Shown here: positions 45,214 through 54,437 of the stretch, in pieces | Numbering within the stretch: the stretch's first letter is position 1 | Layout of the letters: every line of letters starts with the position of its first letter | Source: a virus | Lineage: Duplodnaviria > Caudoviricetes | IMG/VR virus record: IMGVR_UViG_3300012349_000002 | Location: 1-56,247 of that record | DNA length: 56,247 bases | Strand: one strand, 5' to 3' | The notes under the pieces: model-generated | Database searches by the model: none | Told to the model about the DNA's origin: nothing | The model's input: the letters and a program-made list of their open reading frames with translations, nothing else | Program-made: the position numbers and the translations under genes

Positions 45214-48200
45214 ATGCCCGGTCTTCGTAACCCGCCCCCGGAACAGCCGGTACGCACTTATCCGACGCCAGACATTACCGATCAGGTTCTTCTTGAATGG
45301 GTAACGTCAGAGACGGCATCAGCCACTCCTCTCGAACCGGGATCGGATCATCCTAACCAGCGCGAGTTTGCCGGATTCAAGCTCGGTAAACAGGAGGTTA
45401 ACCCGCGCGATCCGTTCTGGTTTATCAGGTACTGGGTAATCGACCAGCCTGACCCGGATTTTTACAATTACTCGATCAAATACTCGTCGGAAAGTAACGC
45501 GCATCAAATCCTGATCCGCGCTTACCGGGAGCTGAAAGACGGGTATGTGCCACGGACAAAAGGAACGGCGCTCGACGATTTCCCGGGCGCAATTCTTGTC
45601 AGCGAAGAAGCGCAACAGTTCCCTCAGACCAGCGAGTATTTTGCCAACTATTTCAACGTCATTCGTGTGTACGAGACGTTGCCTGGGCCGATCCTGACTT
45701 CGACGGAATTCGAGAGGGACGGGATCAAAAAGGTCGTCACCAAACAGCGGATGCTGGCGACGGTCGTGGTTACAGAAGAAGACCTTACCGGCGGCATTCT
45801 GACCCACAGATACGAGGAAGCTGTAGACTCCGTTGTCTCCAACCAAGTTGTCGAGACGATCACGGTAGATAGCGAAAGCTTGCTGGATGATCCCGAGTTC
45901 TCGGTCTCAATCCCAAACGTTATCCCGGAGATATTCCGGGCTCTGATTCCTACCCGAACGGAAGGTCATATCGTTCCGGGTGAAGCCACCGCGCCTACTC
46001 TCGGGTTTGGAGAGTTCGAGCGGTCGGAACGCCAACTCCATCCGCTCTACAAAGAAGTTCGATTTACGGTTCTAGATAGCGTTGCTCTCCCATACACGAT
46101 TTCCGGCCTGAAAGAGACCGATGCCGATAAACAGGTCGTCGATATTTCGATGACGTTGGAGCTGGACACGGCCACTCCGAGCCTTCCCGATGCTACGACC
46201 GATGTTGAATTCAAGAAGCTCGGGAACGGAATGGCCGTGGAAATCATTCGGACGGTACCGGAGGTTTTCCCTCGCGACAGCTACACCAAGAGCATTCTCA
46301 ACCTTATCCCGGAAAAACTCCGGGCAACGATTCCAACTTTCGAGAGTACTATTGACGAGCCAGGGGCACCGTCCGTCGATCCGATCCTTCTTACGGGCGA
46401 GTTATCCAGAACCGAATCGCGGCTAACCGAATTCACCAAGCGAACGCGGATTACAAGTCTCGGTGCGATTTCCGTCCCCGTCAGCATATCGGCGACCGAG
46501 ACGCGCCCGGATAAACAGGTCGCCACAACGACGTGGACTCTGGAATTGGTCGGGACTTCGATTGTCACGCCTACATCCACGCTGGACGTGGCCGTGGAAG
46601 ATTTGGGGAACGGGTACGAAGTACAGACAGTCACGACCGTCCCGGAGGTCTTCAAAGCTGGCAGTTACACCAAGACAATCCTGAATCTGATCCCTCCTGA
46701 ACTCCGGGCAACAGTTCCAACGACAGAGACAGACGAAACCAGTGATGGTATCGCCTCCACCGATCCCACGTTGCTTTCGGGCGAGCTGTCCAGGAATGAG
46801 GAGCAAGTCAACGAGTTCACGAAGCGGGTTCGAATAACGAGTCTTGGTGCAATCACGGTTCCGATCTCTATCACGGCGTTAGAGACTGATCGTGACAAGC
46901 AAATTGTATCAATCGTTTACACTTTGGAGCTGGTAGGAACAAACGCAGTTGTTCCCACCGCCTTAATAGATGTAGAGGTCAAGGATTTAGGTAACGGGTA
47001 CGAGGTCGTCACCACACGGACAATTCCAACCGTATTCGATCCTCACACGTATACCAAGAGCATCCTGAACCTCATTCCTGAGCGGTTGCGTGCAACCGTA
47101 GCTACGGTCGAGGCGGATGACACCTCCATTGGAACAGCTTCCACCAATCCCACTCTGCTGACCGGAGAGCTTTCTAGGAGCGAGACCCAAGTGTCCGAGT
47201 TCGTAATGCGGATTCGGACAACGAGCCTTGGCGATATTACCGTGCCGGTCTCGATTTCAGAGACCAAGACCAGACCCGACAAACAGATCGAGACGATTGT
47301 TTATACATTGGAATTGGTCGGGACATCGGTTGCAACGCCGAATTCCACCACGGATGTCGCAGTTGAAGATTTAGGCAATGGCTACGAAGTCCAGACTGTT
47401 GCCACCGTGCCCGAAGTATTCAAGGCGGGAAGTTATACAAAGACGGTTCTCAACCTTATTCCGCCTGAGTTGCGCGCGGCGGTTCCGACAACGGAAACAG
47501 ATGAGACCAGCGTGGGAACGGCTTCCGCTGATCCTACATTATTGACAGGCGAACTCTCCCGAAATGAAGAGCAGGTAAACGAATTCACCAAGCGCGTACG
47601 GATTACCAGCTTAGGAGCGATCACCGTTCCGGTTTCAATCACCGCTTTGGAGACGGATAAAGATAAGCAGATCGTCTCAATAGTTTACACACTGGAAAAT
47701 GTCGGCACCAACGCGGTTGTCCCAACGGCGCTAATAGATGTCGAGGTCAAAGACCTTGGGAATGGCTATGAAGTTGCAACCACGCGTACGATCCCCACTG
47801 TATTTGATCCGCATACTTACAGCAAAAGTATACTCAACCTGATCCCGGAAAGGCTGCGCGCTACGGTGGCTACGGTCGAAGCCGATGATACTTCGATTGG
47901 AACGGCATCGACTGATCCTACGCTCCTGACTGGGGAACTCTCCCGTAGCGAAACGCAGGTCTCGGAATTCGTCATGCGAATTCGTACCACGAGTTTGGGC
48001 GACATTACCGTTCCCGTATCGGTTTCCCGAACGGAGACTACTAGGGATAAACAGGTAGCAACGATTGTTGATACTCTCGAATTGACGGGGACATCTAGCG
48101 CGACGCCCAGTTCGATTCAGGATGTTGACGTGATTGATCTCGGGAACGGGTATGAGGTCGAGACGGTTACGATGGTTCCTGACGTATTCGTTTCTGGCAG

Positions 48201-49875
48201 CTACACCAAGACCGTCGAGAACCTGATCCCGGCGGAACTGCGCGCGGCGGTTCCTACCGTCGAGACAGATGAAACCAGTGCGGGCACGGCTTCTACTGAT
48301 CCAACGCTGCTGACCGGCGAACTGTCGCGTAACGAAGAACAGGTCAATGAATTTACGATGCGAGTCAGGATACGCAGTCTTGGCTCCATATCAGTCCCCG
48401 TAAGCATCACCGCGCTGGAGACGAATCAGGACAAACAAATCGTTTCCATTGTTTATACGCTTGAGCTGGTAGGAACGAACGCCGTTGTCCCGACAGCGTT
48501 GATAGACGTTGCGGTTAAAGATTTGGGGAACGGCTATGAGGTCGCCACAATCCGCACGATAGATTCGGTGTTCCCCGCTAACACCTATTCCAAGAGCATA
48601 CTCAACCTTATCCCGCCTGAGTTCCGAGCAGTTGTTCCCACGGTTGAGAGCGATGTTACCAGCGAGGGAACGGCGTCCACCGACCCGACGTTGTTAACGG
48701 GCGAGCTGTCGCGTTCCGAGACCCAAGTTAGCGAGTTCGTAATGCGGGTTCGCACCACGAGCTTTGGCAATGTGGTTCTTCCGATAACACTCACGGGCGG
48801 CGAAAAAATTGTGGAGAAATTTGGGTTACAACTGGTCGCCGACGAAGTAATCACCCTAGCCTACTCTGGCACAACCAGTATTCCAACCGGTTCATTGGTC
48901 ATTGACGCAGCGATCAAAGAGATCGGTGCTGGCATGGAAATTCTTACGACATTGGTCGTGGCTGATGCTGCATGGCCGATTATACCAAGCCGTTTGTGGG
49001 ATGAAAACATGCGGGTTGAGTATGACGAGACCAATCAAATCGTAGCTGTCGGGAGCGCAGAAGACCCTGATCCCGGCGGAGTATTTGCGTGGACATCGGA
49101 AGTAAGAGGGATAGACCAATGGCACGCGCGCAAGACGAACGTTAACAAGCCTAGTCCTCCCTATACGAATTCGACGACTGCGCTTGTCACTTATGACTTT
49201 AGGCCTTTTAAGTTCCCCGGGACAGTAGACGTGATCCTTGCTTATAATTCGGGTGCGGTGTTGGGGAATAGGGAAACCAAAGCTGAATTGGTGTTACACA
49301 CGATCAGAACATGGTGGCAGAAAAGTGCTACTACACCTACGGTAACGTTCGATGAGATCATCACGGATTCGGTTACGATCACAACCGCTGGTTTGACCAC
49401 CAATAGGACGTTTCAAGACGTGTTGCATGATGGCTTTTACGCGCAATGGCTGTATGCCACCGAATTTTTCCCTGCAACGACACCGAGTTTCACTGAGTAC
49501 TATAAAGGAACAGATGCCGGAACGTTCACCAATCACAATCAGATTGTAGCTTATACGATAGGCACGGGATACACGGTTGGAGACAATCTTACGATTGGAT
49601 TAGCGAGCATTCAGATTACGGGAGTTGGAATAGCAGGTTCAATTTTCAATTTTAATGTAACCGATGAGGGGGTAGGAGGAACCTATTTAAACCCCGTCAC
49701 AGCTACCGGCGGAACCGGGACCGGGGCTACATTCAACGTTACCGCGTACACCGTTCCTGATTACGTTCCGGGATCGCAATGGATAGGCACAGAGCGCATC
49801 GTTCACGCGTCGGTGACACCGGAGCGCGAGAAAGACATTTGGAGAATCTCAACCGAGTCTGTGACAATGCGATGA
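45214..49875 (+). CDS. Giant beta-rich tail protein with eight 128-aa tandem repeats
   Basis: 384-bp period from 45898; Thr/Val/Glu-rich; probable start ATG 45214. Confidence 0.7.
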   Translation: MPGLRNPPPEQPVRTYPTPDITDQVLLEWVTSETASATPLEPGSDHPNQREFAGFKLGKQEVNPRDPFWFIRYWVIDQPDPDFYNYSIKYSSESNAHQILIRAYRELKDGYVPRTKGTALDDFPGAILVSEEAQQFPQTSEYFANYFNVIRVYETLPGPILTSTEFERDGIKKVVTKQRMLATVVVTEEDLTGGILTHRYEEAVDSVVSNQVVETITVDSESLLDDPEFSVSIPNVIPEIFRALIPTRTEGHIVPGEATAPTLGFGEFERSERQLHPLYKEVRFTVLDSVALPYTISGLKETDADKQVVDISMTLELDTATPSLPDATTDVEFKKLGNGMAVEIIRTVPEVFPRDSYTKSILNLIPEKLRATIPTFESTIDEPGAPSVDPILLTGELSRTESRLTEFTKRTRITSLGAISVPVSISATETRPDKQVATTTWTLELVGTSIVTPTSTLDVAVEDLGNGYEVQTVTTVPEVFKAGSYTKTILNLIPPELRATVPTTETDETSDGIASTDPTLLSGELSRNEEQVNEFTKRVRITSLGAITVPISITALETDRDKQIVSIVYTLELVGTNAVVPTALIDVEVKDLGNGYEVVTTRTIPTVFDPHTYTKSILNLIPERLRATVATVEADDTSIGTASTNPTLLTGELSRSETQVSEFVMRIRTTSLGDITVPVSISETKTRPDKQIETIVYTLELVGTSVATPNSTTDVAVEDLGNGYEVQTVATVPEVFKAGSYTKTVLNLIPPELRAAVPTTETDETSVGTASADPTLLTGELSRNEEQVNEFTKRVRITSLGAITVPVSITALETDKDKQIVSIVYTLENVGTNAVVPTALIDVEVKDLGNGYEVATTRTIPTVFDPHTYSKSILNLIPERLRATVATVEADDTSIGTASTDPTLLTGELSRSETQVSEFVMRIRTTSLGDITVPVSVSRTETTRDKQVATIVDTLELTGTSSATPSSIQDVDVIDLGNGYEVETVTMVPDVFVSGSYTKTVENLIPAELRAAVPTVETDETSAGTASTDPTLLTGELSRNEEQVNEFTMRVRIRSLGSISVPVSITALETNQDKQIVSIVYTLELVGTNAVVPTALIDVAVKDLGNGYEVATIRTIDSVFPANTYSKSILNLIPPEFRAVVPTVESDVTSEGTASTDPTLLTGELSRSETQVSEFVMRVRTTSFGNVVLPITLTGGEKIVEKFGLQLVADEVITLAYSGTTSIPTGSLVIDAAIKEIGAGMEILTTLVVADAAWPIIPSRLWDENMRVEYDETNQIVAVGSAEDPDPGGVFAWTSEVRGIDQWHARKTNVNKPSPPYTNSTTALVTYDFRPFKFPGTVDVILAYNSGAVLGNRETKAELVLHTIRTWWQKSATTPTVTFDEIITDSVTITTAGLTTNRTFQDVLHDGFYAQWLYATEFFPATTPSFTEYYKGTDAGTFTNHNQIVAYTIGTGYTVGDNLTIGLASIQITGVGIAGSIFNFNVTDEGVGGTYLNPVTATGGTGTGATFNVTAYTVPDYVPGSQWIGTERIVHASVTPEREKDIWRISTESVTMR
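45898..48969 (+). repeat. 8 x 384-bp coding tandem repeat with alternating A/B units
   Basis: Units start at 45898, 46282, 46666, 47050, 47434, 47818, 48202, 48586. Confidence 0.9.
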
Positions 49876-50096
49876 CGGTCGAGGAAAGAATAACAAGACT
49901 AGAGAATCACGTTCGCAACTTCAAGGTCGTTGTTGCTGGCGGCGGCGATGTGCTTGGGGGTTTTGGTCATTTGCCGTTGGCCGATACGACGCAGGAACGA
50001 TTAGATAACCTTGAAAAAGCAACGGCCAACTTCAAGCTAGAAGGAAGCGGTGTTCCGGTGTCGGGCAACTTCGATCACGGTTTCGTGATAGGCTAG
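49872..50096 (+). CDS. 74-aa protein made of two copies of a roughly 35-aa module
   Basis: T..ER...LE....NFK....G..V.G.F.H twice; ATGA-coupled. Confidence 0.7.
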   Translation: MTVEERITRLENHVRNFKVVVAGGGDVLGGFGHLPLADTTQERLDNLEKATANFKLEGSGVPVSGNFDHGFVIG

Positions 50097-50098
50097 TC

Positions 50099-50944
50099 AT
50101 GGATTTAGAAGATAACATCGAGACCACACGCCGTGTTCGGCGATTAGAGGAACGTTTTAAACGCCTAAATATCCTAGGAGGTTCAGGAGTGCAGGTCGAG
50201 GGAGATGTTACGAAAGGCTACGCGGTTGATACGAGCCAATTAGGAGCAGAAGCAATTGTAGAAATTATTGGCGGAATACTTATTGGAGCTTGTTGTATAG
50301 GGGAAGCATGCAGTTTGACAACCGAATCAGATTGTATTGCTTCCGGGGGGGCCTTCTTAGGCGCTGGGACAGTTTGCAGTCCGAATCCTTGCCTTGTTGT
50401 GTTGCCTTCGTGTTCAACATGTTACTTTACTAACTCCTGCTTTGGCGACGGTAAACGTTGGCTGACGAAAACCTGTGTGACAAGTAGATATGCAATCGGT
50501 AATTTTGATTATGACGGTGACACGCAATGGGAGCAAGGTACCTTCTCTCAAACTCGTTCCTATGTGCCTGGTAGTTGCACCGAAGACAACAGTGGATGTG
50601 AAGGTTCCGGTCATATTCACATGCCGTTTATAGGTCCACCATATAATGAACCAGGTGGGGATTGTGATTATTCAGGCTGCGCCCCGCCGGTGGGATGCGT
50701 GATAGAGGGTTACGGAGAGATTTCGTTAGGGCGCGGAACGTCTGATGCGTGCGTTGATCTAGGACCAGGTTGCGACATCGGTGACTTTTATTGTGCAAGC
50801 TGTGGCGGTGGCATAACAAGTTGCTCTTCAGATTTTCAGGAATCCTATTATACGGTGGCTTGGCCTTGCTGCGACGGAAGTTGTGCCAACACAAGTGGAT
50901 ACGTTATTTATGATGTCTACTACTCAGACGAATGCTCGCCATGA
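50099..50944 (+). CDS. Cys-rich (24 Cys) tail-tip/receptor-binding candidate
   Basis: GACC...C.......C...GG...G.GT.C..NPC module; no signal peptide. Confidence 0.65.
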   Translation: MDLEDNIETTRRVRRLEERFKRLNILGGSGVQVEGDVTKGYAVDTSQLGAEAIVEIIGGILIGACCIGEACSLTTESDCIASGGAFLGAGTVCSPNPCLVVLPSCSTCYFTNSCFGDGKRWLTKTCVTSRYAIGNFDYDGDTQWEQGTFSQTRSYVPGSCTEDNSGCEGSGHIHMPFIGPPYNEPGGDCDYSGCAPPVGCVIEGYGEISLGRGTSDACVDLGPGCDIGDFYCASCGGGITSCSSDFQESYYTVAWPCCDGSCANTSGYVIYDVYYSDECSP

Positions 50945-51141
50945 AAAAAGGTGACGCCATAGCCTTAGTCGCTCAGCCAATCGCCAGAGTTGCTGATGCG
51001 CTCTGGGGAACGGATTTGCAAAATTGTCCAGGTTGCAGTAAAACGAAAACTAACTTGAACAACGGCATGTCGCTTGCGGACGCTTTTTACGACCGATTCT
51101 GGTCGCAGAAACCAAAGAAAACCAAACAGAAAGAAAAATAA
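50941..51141 (+). CDS. Small CxxC protein (GD.IA..A.PIA...CPGC......LN)
   Basis: ATGA-coupled to the Cys-rich gene. Confidence 0.65.
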   Translation: MKKGDAIALVAQPIARVADALWGTDLQNCPGCSKTKTNLNNGMSLADAFYDRFWSQKPKKTKQKEK

Positions 51142-51144
51142 CAT

Positions 51145-51348
51145 ATGGACTATGTAGTAACTAAAAGTCAGCAGATCGCTGTAACAGCAGAATCTCCAGA
51201 TGAAGCCATTACCAAGGTAATGACCGGCGCGGAAGGAAATCCGATCTCAGCCAATTACTCAGCACAACCTAGGCCGCAAGCTCCTGCGCAGAGGCTCGTG
51301 CCGCAGCCGGGAATGCCAGCAATGCCGGTGCCTACGGTGCAACGGTAA
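51145..51348 (+). CDS. Hypothetical protein
   Basis: 67 aa in the operon run. Confidence 0.5.
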   Translation: MDYVVTKSQQIAVTAESPDEAITKVMTGAEGNPISANYSAQPRPQAPAQRLVPQPGMPAMPVPTVQR

Positions 51349-51392
51349 TTCCTTGACACCACAGCAACAATGAATTATCGCTCGCCGACCAA

Positions 51393-51746
51393 ATGATCGT
51401 TCCCGGTACGCTTAACCTCACGATGACGCGGGGTTGCACGTTTGAATCGTTCACCCTGCAAATGACGGATGTGAACGGTGATCCTGTCGATCTCACTGGG
51501 TTTACGACGAACGCTGAAGTCAGAGTTGCCTCGGGAACGACAGTCATAATCAATCTCTCCCCGTCGATCACGGACGCCGCTAACGGGATCATCACGATCC
51601 CGGAGATTAACGATGAGACCACGCTGACTTACACGGCCGCAACATATCTGTGGGATTTGTTATTGGAAGAGACCGCCCCTGACAATATGCAACGGATTTT
51701 GGCTGGACGCTTCGACATAATAAACAAAATCACGCTCTCGACCTGA
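51393..51746 (+). CDS. BppU/LtfC-like Ig-fold fibre adaptor
   Basis: RG.TF......PVDLTGF....EVR...GII...YLWDL; precedes the fibre gene. Confidence 0.65.
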   Translation: MIVPGTLNLTMTRGCTFESFTLQMTDVNGDPVDLTGFTTNAEVRVASGTTVIINLSPSITDAANGIITIPEINDETTLTYTAATYLWDLLLEETAPDNMQRILAGRFDIINKITLST

Positions 51747-51747
51747 T

Positions 51748-53364
51748 ATGCCAATAGACGACATAGTATCCGTAAACGTCACCACGCCGGAAGGCATCCA
51801 GAACGTTATTGTTCAGGGAAACGTCGGAGGCACTGGACCAACTGGACCAACCGGGCCTACCGGGCCAACGGGGCCAGCTGGAGCAGATGGATTAAACACT
51901 CAAGCGGTTTACGTCAACTACCTGTTCTCAACGACGACAACGGATTCCGACCCGGGCAATGGCAATCTTCGTCTGAACAACGCCACGCAATTATCGTCGA
52001 CGGTTATCCGCGCCGATTTGATTGACGTTAACTCGCAGACCGTGACTGCGGTGTTGGATAACCTCGATGCGAGCACTAGTACCGTCAAAGGTTACATTAG
52101 GCTGTATAAAACTGATGATCCTACCAAGTGGATAGAGTTCACCCTATCTTCGCGAGCGTCTCCGAGCGGTTACAGAAATCTTACGGTAACTGAGGTTGCC
52201 GGTAGCGGGAGCAATCCCTTTGCTAATCTCGACCCGGTAACGCTGGTATTTTCGCGCACAGGCGACGCAGGCGTAGGCGCGACAGGCCCAACGGGCGGCA
52301 CCGGTGGAACGGGTGGAACAGGTGGAACGGGCCCGGCTGGCGCGACGGGACCAACCGGAGGAACCGGAGGTACCGGAGGAACTGGAGGCACGGGTGGAAC
52401 CGGAGGAACAGGCGGGGCTGGTCCAACTGGGCCAACCGGGCCAATGGCTGCGTCCGGTGCGGATGTTAGCAATTCTGCGACTCAAAGCATATCCGCGAGC
52501 ACGGATACGGCGCTCACGTTCGACACTGAAACGACTGATACAGACGGTTATCATTCGATTGTTTCTGCAACATCCAAGCTAACCGTCCCAACTGGTCAGG
52601 GTAACGCTTTCTTTACGATCACAGGCTGGTTCACGTTTGCGGCGTCGGTTGGCGGAACCGAGCGCACCGCAAAGATCAGGCTCAACGGAACCACGATAAT
52701 TGCCGAGCAGACTGAGCAAGGATTGGTCAATGCCAATCTGGACATGAACATTGCCAAGGTAATCAAGCTCGCCGACGGCGATTACGTCGAGCTAGTTGCC
52801 TTCCAGGACAGCGTAGGTTCTATCAATGTTCAGACCGGTGCTTCATTTTCGATAGCGCGCGAGGGTGGCCCTATCGGAGCCACGGGACCGACCGGCGGTA
52901 CCGGGGGTACTGGTGGTACCGGACCAGCAGGCGGCGGAACTTTGTCGCAGGTCAGCGGATCGGATTTTACTACGAGCAGTACTACGCTTGTGGATATTAC
53001 GGGATTAACCTTTGCGGCATCTGCTAACACCAAATACGAAGTGGACGTTTTGTTGACTGTTCAAAGCAGCACCTCGGCGGGATTAAAGCCATCTATCGCA
53101 TTTAGCGCGGCTGGCGCTACCGGGCAGTGGCAAGGACTGGCCAACTCTACAAGCGGTGGCGTTGTAGCGGGCTTGGCGCAAGTGATCGGAACGGCCAATA
53201 CCGCTGCTGTTATTACTACTGCGGCAACAACGGGAGGAATTTGGATGAAGACTATTGTAAATGTGGGTGCAAACGCTGGAAACATAACTGCCCAAATACT
53301 TAAGGTCACTAGCGGAACGGCCACTGTTTACATAGGTTCGAGGATGACGGTCACGACATTGTGA
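51748..53364 (+). CDS. Collagen-like tail fibre with C1q-like and beta-sandwich domains
   Basis: GPT/GGT/GAT triplet runs; ALTFD.E..DTDG.H...L..GDYVEL.AFQ C1q-like pattern. Confidence 0.75.
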   Translation: MPIDDIVSVNVTTPEGIQNVIVQGNVGGTGPTGPTGPTGPTGPAGADGLNTQAVYVNYLFSTTTTDSDPGNGNLRLNNATQLSSTVIRADLIDVNSQTVTAVLDNLDASTSTVKGYIRLYKTDDPTKWIEFTLSSRASPSGYRNLTVTEVAGSGSNPFANLDPVTLVFSRTGDAGVGATGPTGGTGGTGGTGGTGPAGATGPTGGTGGTGGTGGTGGTGGTGGAGPTGPTGPMAASGADVSNSATQSISASTDTALTFDTETTDTDGYHSIVSATSKLTVPTGQGNAFFTITGWFTFAASVGGTERTAKIRLNGTTIIAEQTEQGLVNANLDMNIAKVIKLADGDYVELVAFQDSVGSINVQTGASFSIAREGGPIGATGPTGGTGGTGGTGPAGGGTLSQVSGSDFTTSSTTLVDITGLTFAASANTKYEVDVLLTVQSSTSAGLKPSIAFSAAGATGQWQGLANSTSGGVVAGLAQVIGTANTAAVITTAATTGGIWMKTIVNVGANAGNITAQILKVTSGTATVYIGSRMTVTTL

Positions 53365-54437
53365 GACTGCATCTCGTTGCGCTTCCGCATACGCAGGTCT
53401 CTAATGAGTTTTGCGGATGCGCGTATACGTCTAACATTGTAAAATTTTGTAAGATGTTGGGGCAAGAGCATGAAATTTTCGTGTATGCACCTGACGGCCC
53501 ACCGATTAATGGCGCAACACTCGTTCCATGTTTTACATACGAAGAACGCACAAAATTGTTCGGAGAATATGATCCAGACCGAAACCCATCTTGGCCTACA
53601 GACCAACAATTTGTAGGATTTAATGAGCACGTCGTTGAAGCCCTGAAAGAACATCTAAGTGCTCGTGACCTAATTTTGATCTCTGCTGGCTGGTGCCATA
53701 AACTTGTATATGATTCCTTTCCAGCCCATATTAGGTGCGAACAAGGCGTGGGGTACGAAGGTATTATATCTACCTTCTGCGCTTTCCCTTCCTACGCTTG
53801 GATGCACTACGTCTATGTCAAAAAGAAAATAGACGACGGACGTTGGTACGACGTTGTGATTCCACATTTTGTCGATTCGGACGAGTTTCCTAAATTGAAT
53901 AGTGGCAAAGGGAAATACTTATTGTTCCTCGGCCGTATCATCGAACGCAAAGGTCCGCACATCGCTGGGGAAATAGCTCAGAGAACTGGATTGCCGTTGA
54001 AGGTTGCTGGTCCTAGTGGGAGACAAGTGGGCGAAGATATTGCCGGTGCGGGTGTGACGATTAAAAACGCTGAGTATGTTGGTTCAGTCAACATTAGAGA
54101 ACGTGCTGAACTCTTAGCAAACGCCAAAGCCCTAGTCGTCCCAACAACTTACTTCGAACCATTCGGTAACGTCGTAATCGAAGCTATGATGGCAGGTACC
54201 CCGGCGATAACGACCGACTGGGGCGCGTTTCCCGAGACCGTCCACAATGGCGTATCAGGATTCCGCTTTCGCACGTTGAAGGAAGCAGCGGCAATTATCG
54301 AGAAAGCTCTGTGGCCAGCCCCGAGCGTCATCCGCCAATACGCAACCCAACGCTTCTCCCTCGCCGCCGTCACGCCCAAATTCAATCACTGGTTTAATCA
54401 GCTCGATTCCCTCTGGGGCAAGGGCTGGTACGCTTAA
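53361..54437 (+). CDS. GT4 glycosyltransferase
   Basis: LFLGRIIERKG and EPFGNVVIEAMMAGTPAI (EX7E). Confidence 0.9.
   Translation: MRLHLVALPHTQVSNEFCGCAYTSNIVKFCKMLGQEHEIFVYAPDGPPINGATLVPCFTYEERTKLFGEYDPDRNPSWPTDQQFVGFNEHVVEALKEHLSARDLILISAGWCHKLVYDSFPAHIRCEQGVGYEGIISTFCAFPSYAWMHYVYVKKKIDDGRWYDVVIPHFVDSDEFPKLNSGKGKYLLFLGRIIERKGPHIAGEIAQRTGLPLKVAGPSGRQVGEDIAGAGVTIKNAEYVGSVNIRERAELLANAKALVVPTTYFEPFGNVVIEAMMAGTPAITTDWGAFPETVHNGVSGFRFRTLKEAAAIIEKALWPAPSVIRQYATQRFSLAAVTPKFNHWFNQLDSLWGKGWYA

Noticed and set aside
46281-48854. Regularly spaced - strand ORFs, or a CRISPR-like array
   Set aside because: The 384-bp spacing mirrors the coding repeat on the + strand; there is no repeat-spacer structure and no cas gene
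52144-52554. Pro/Val-rich antisense ORFs
   Set aside because: Reverse complement of the collagen-like GGT/GPT repeats
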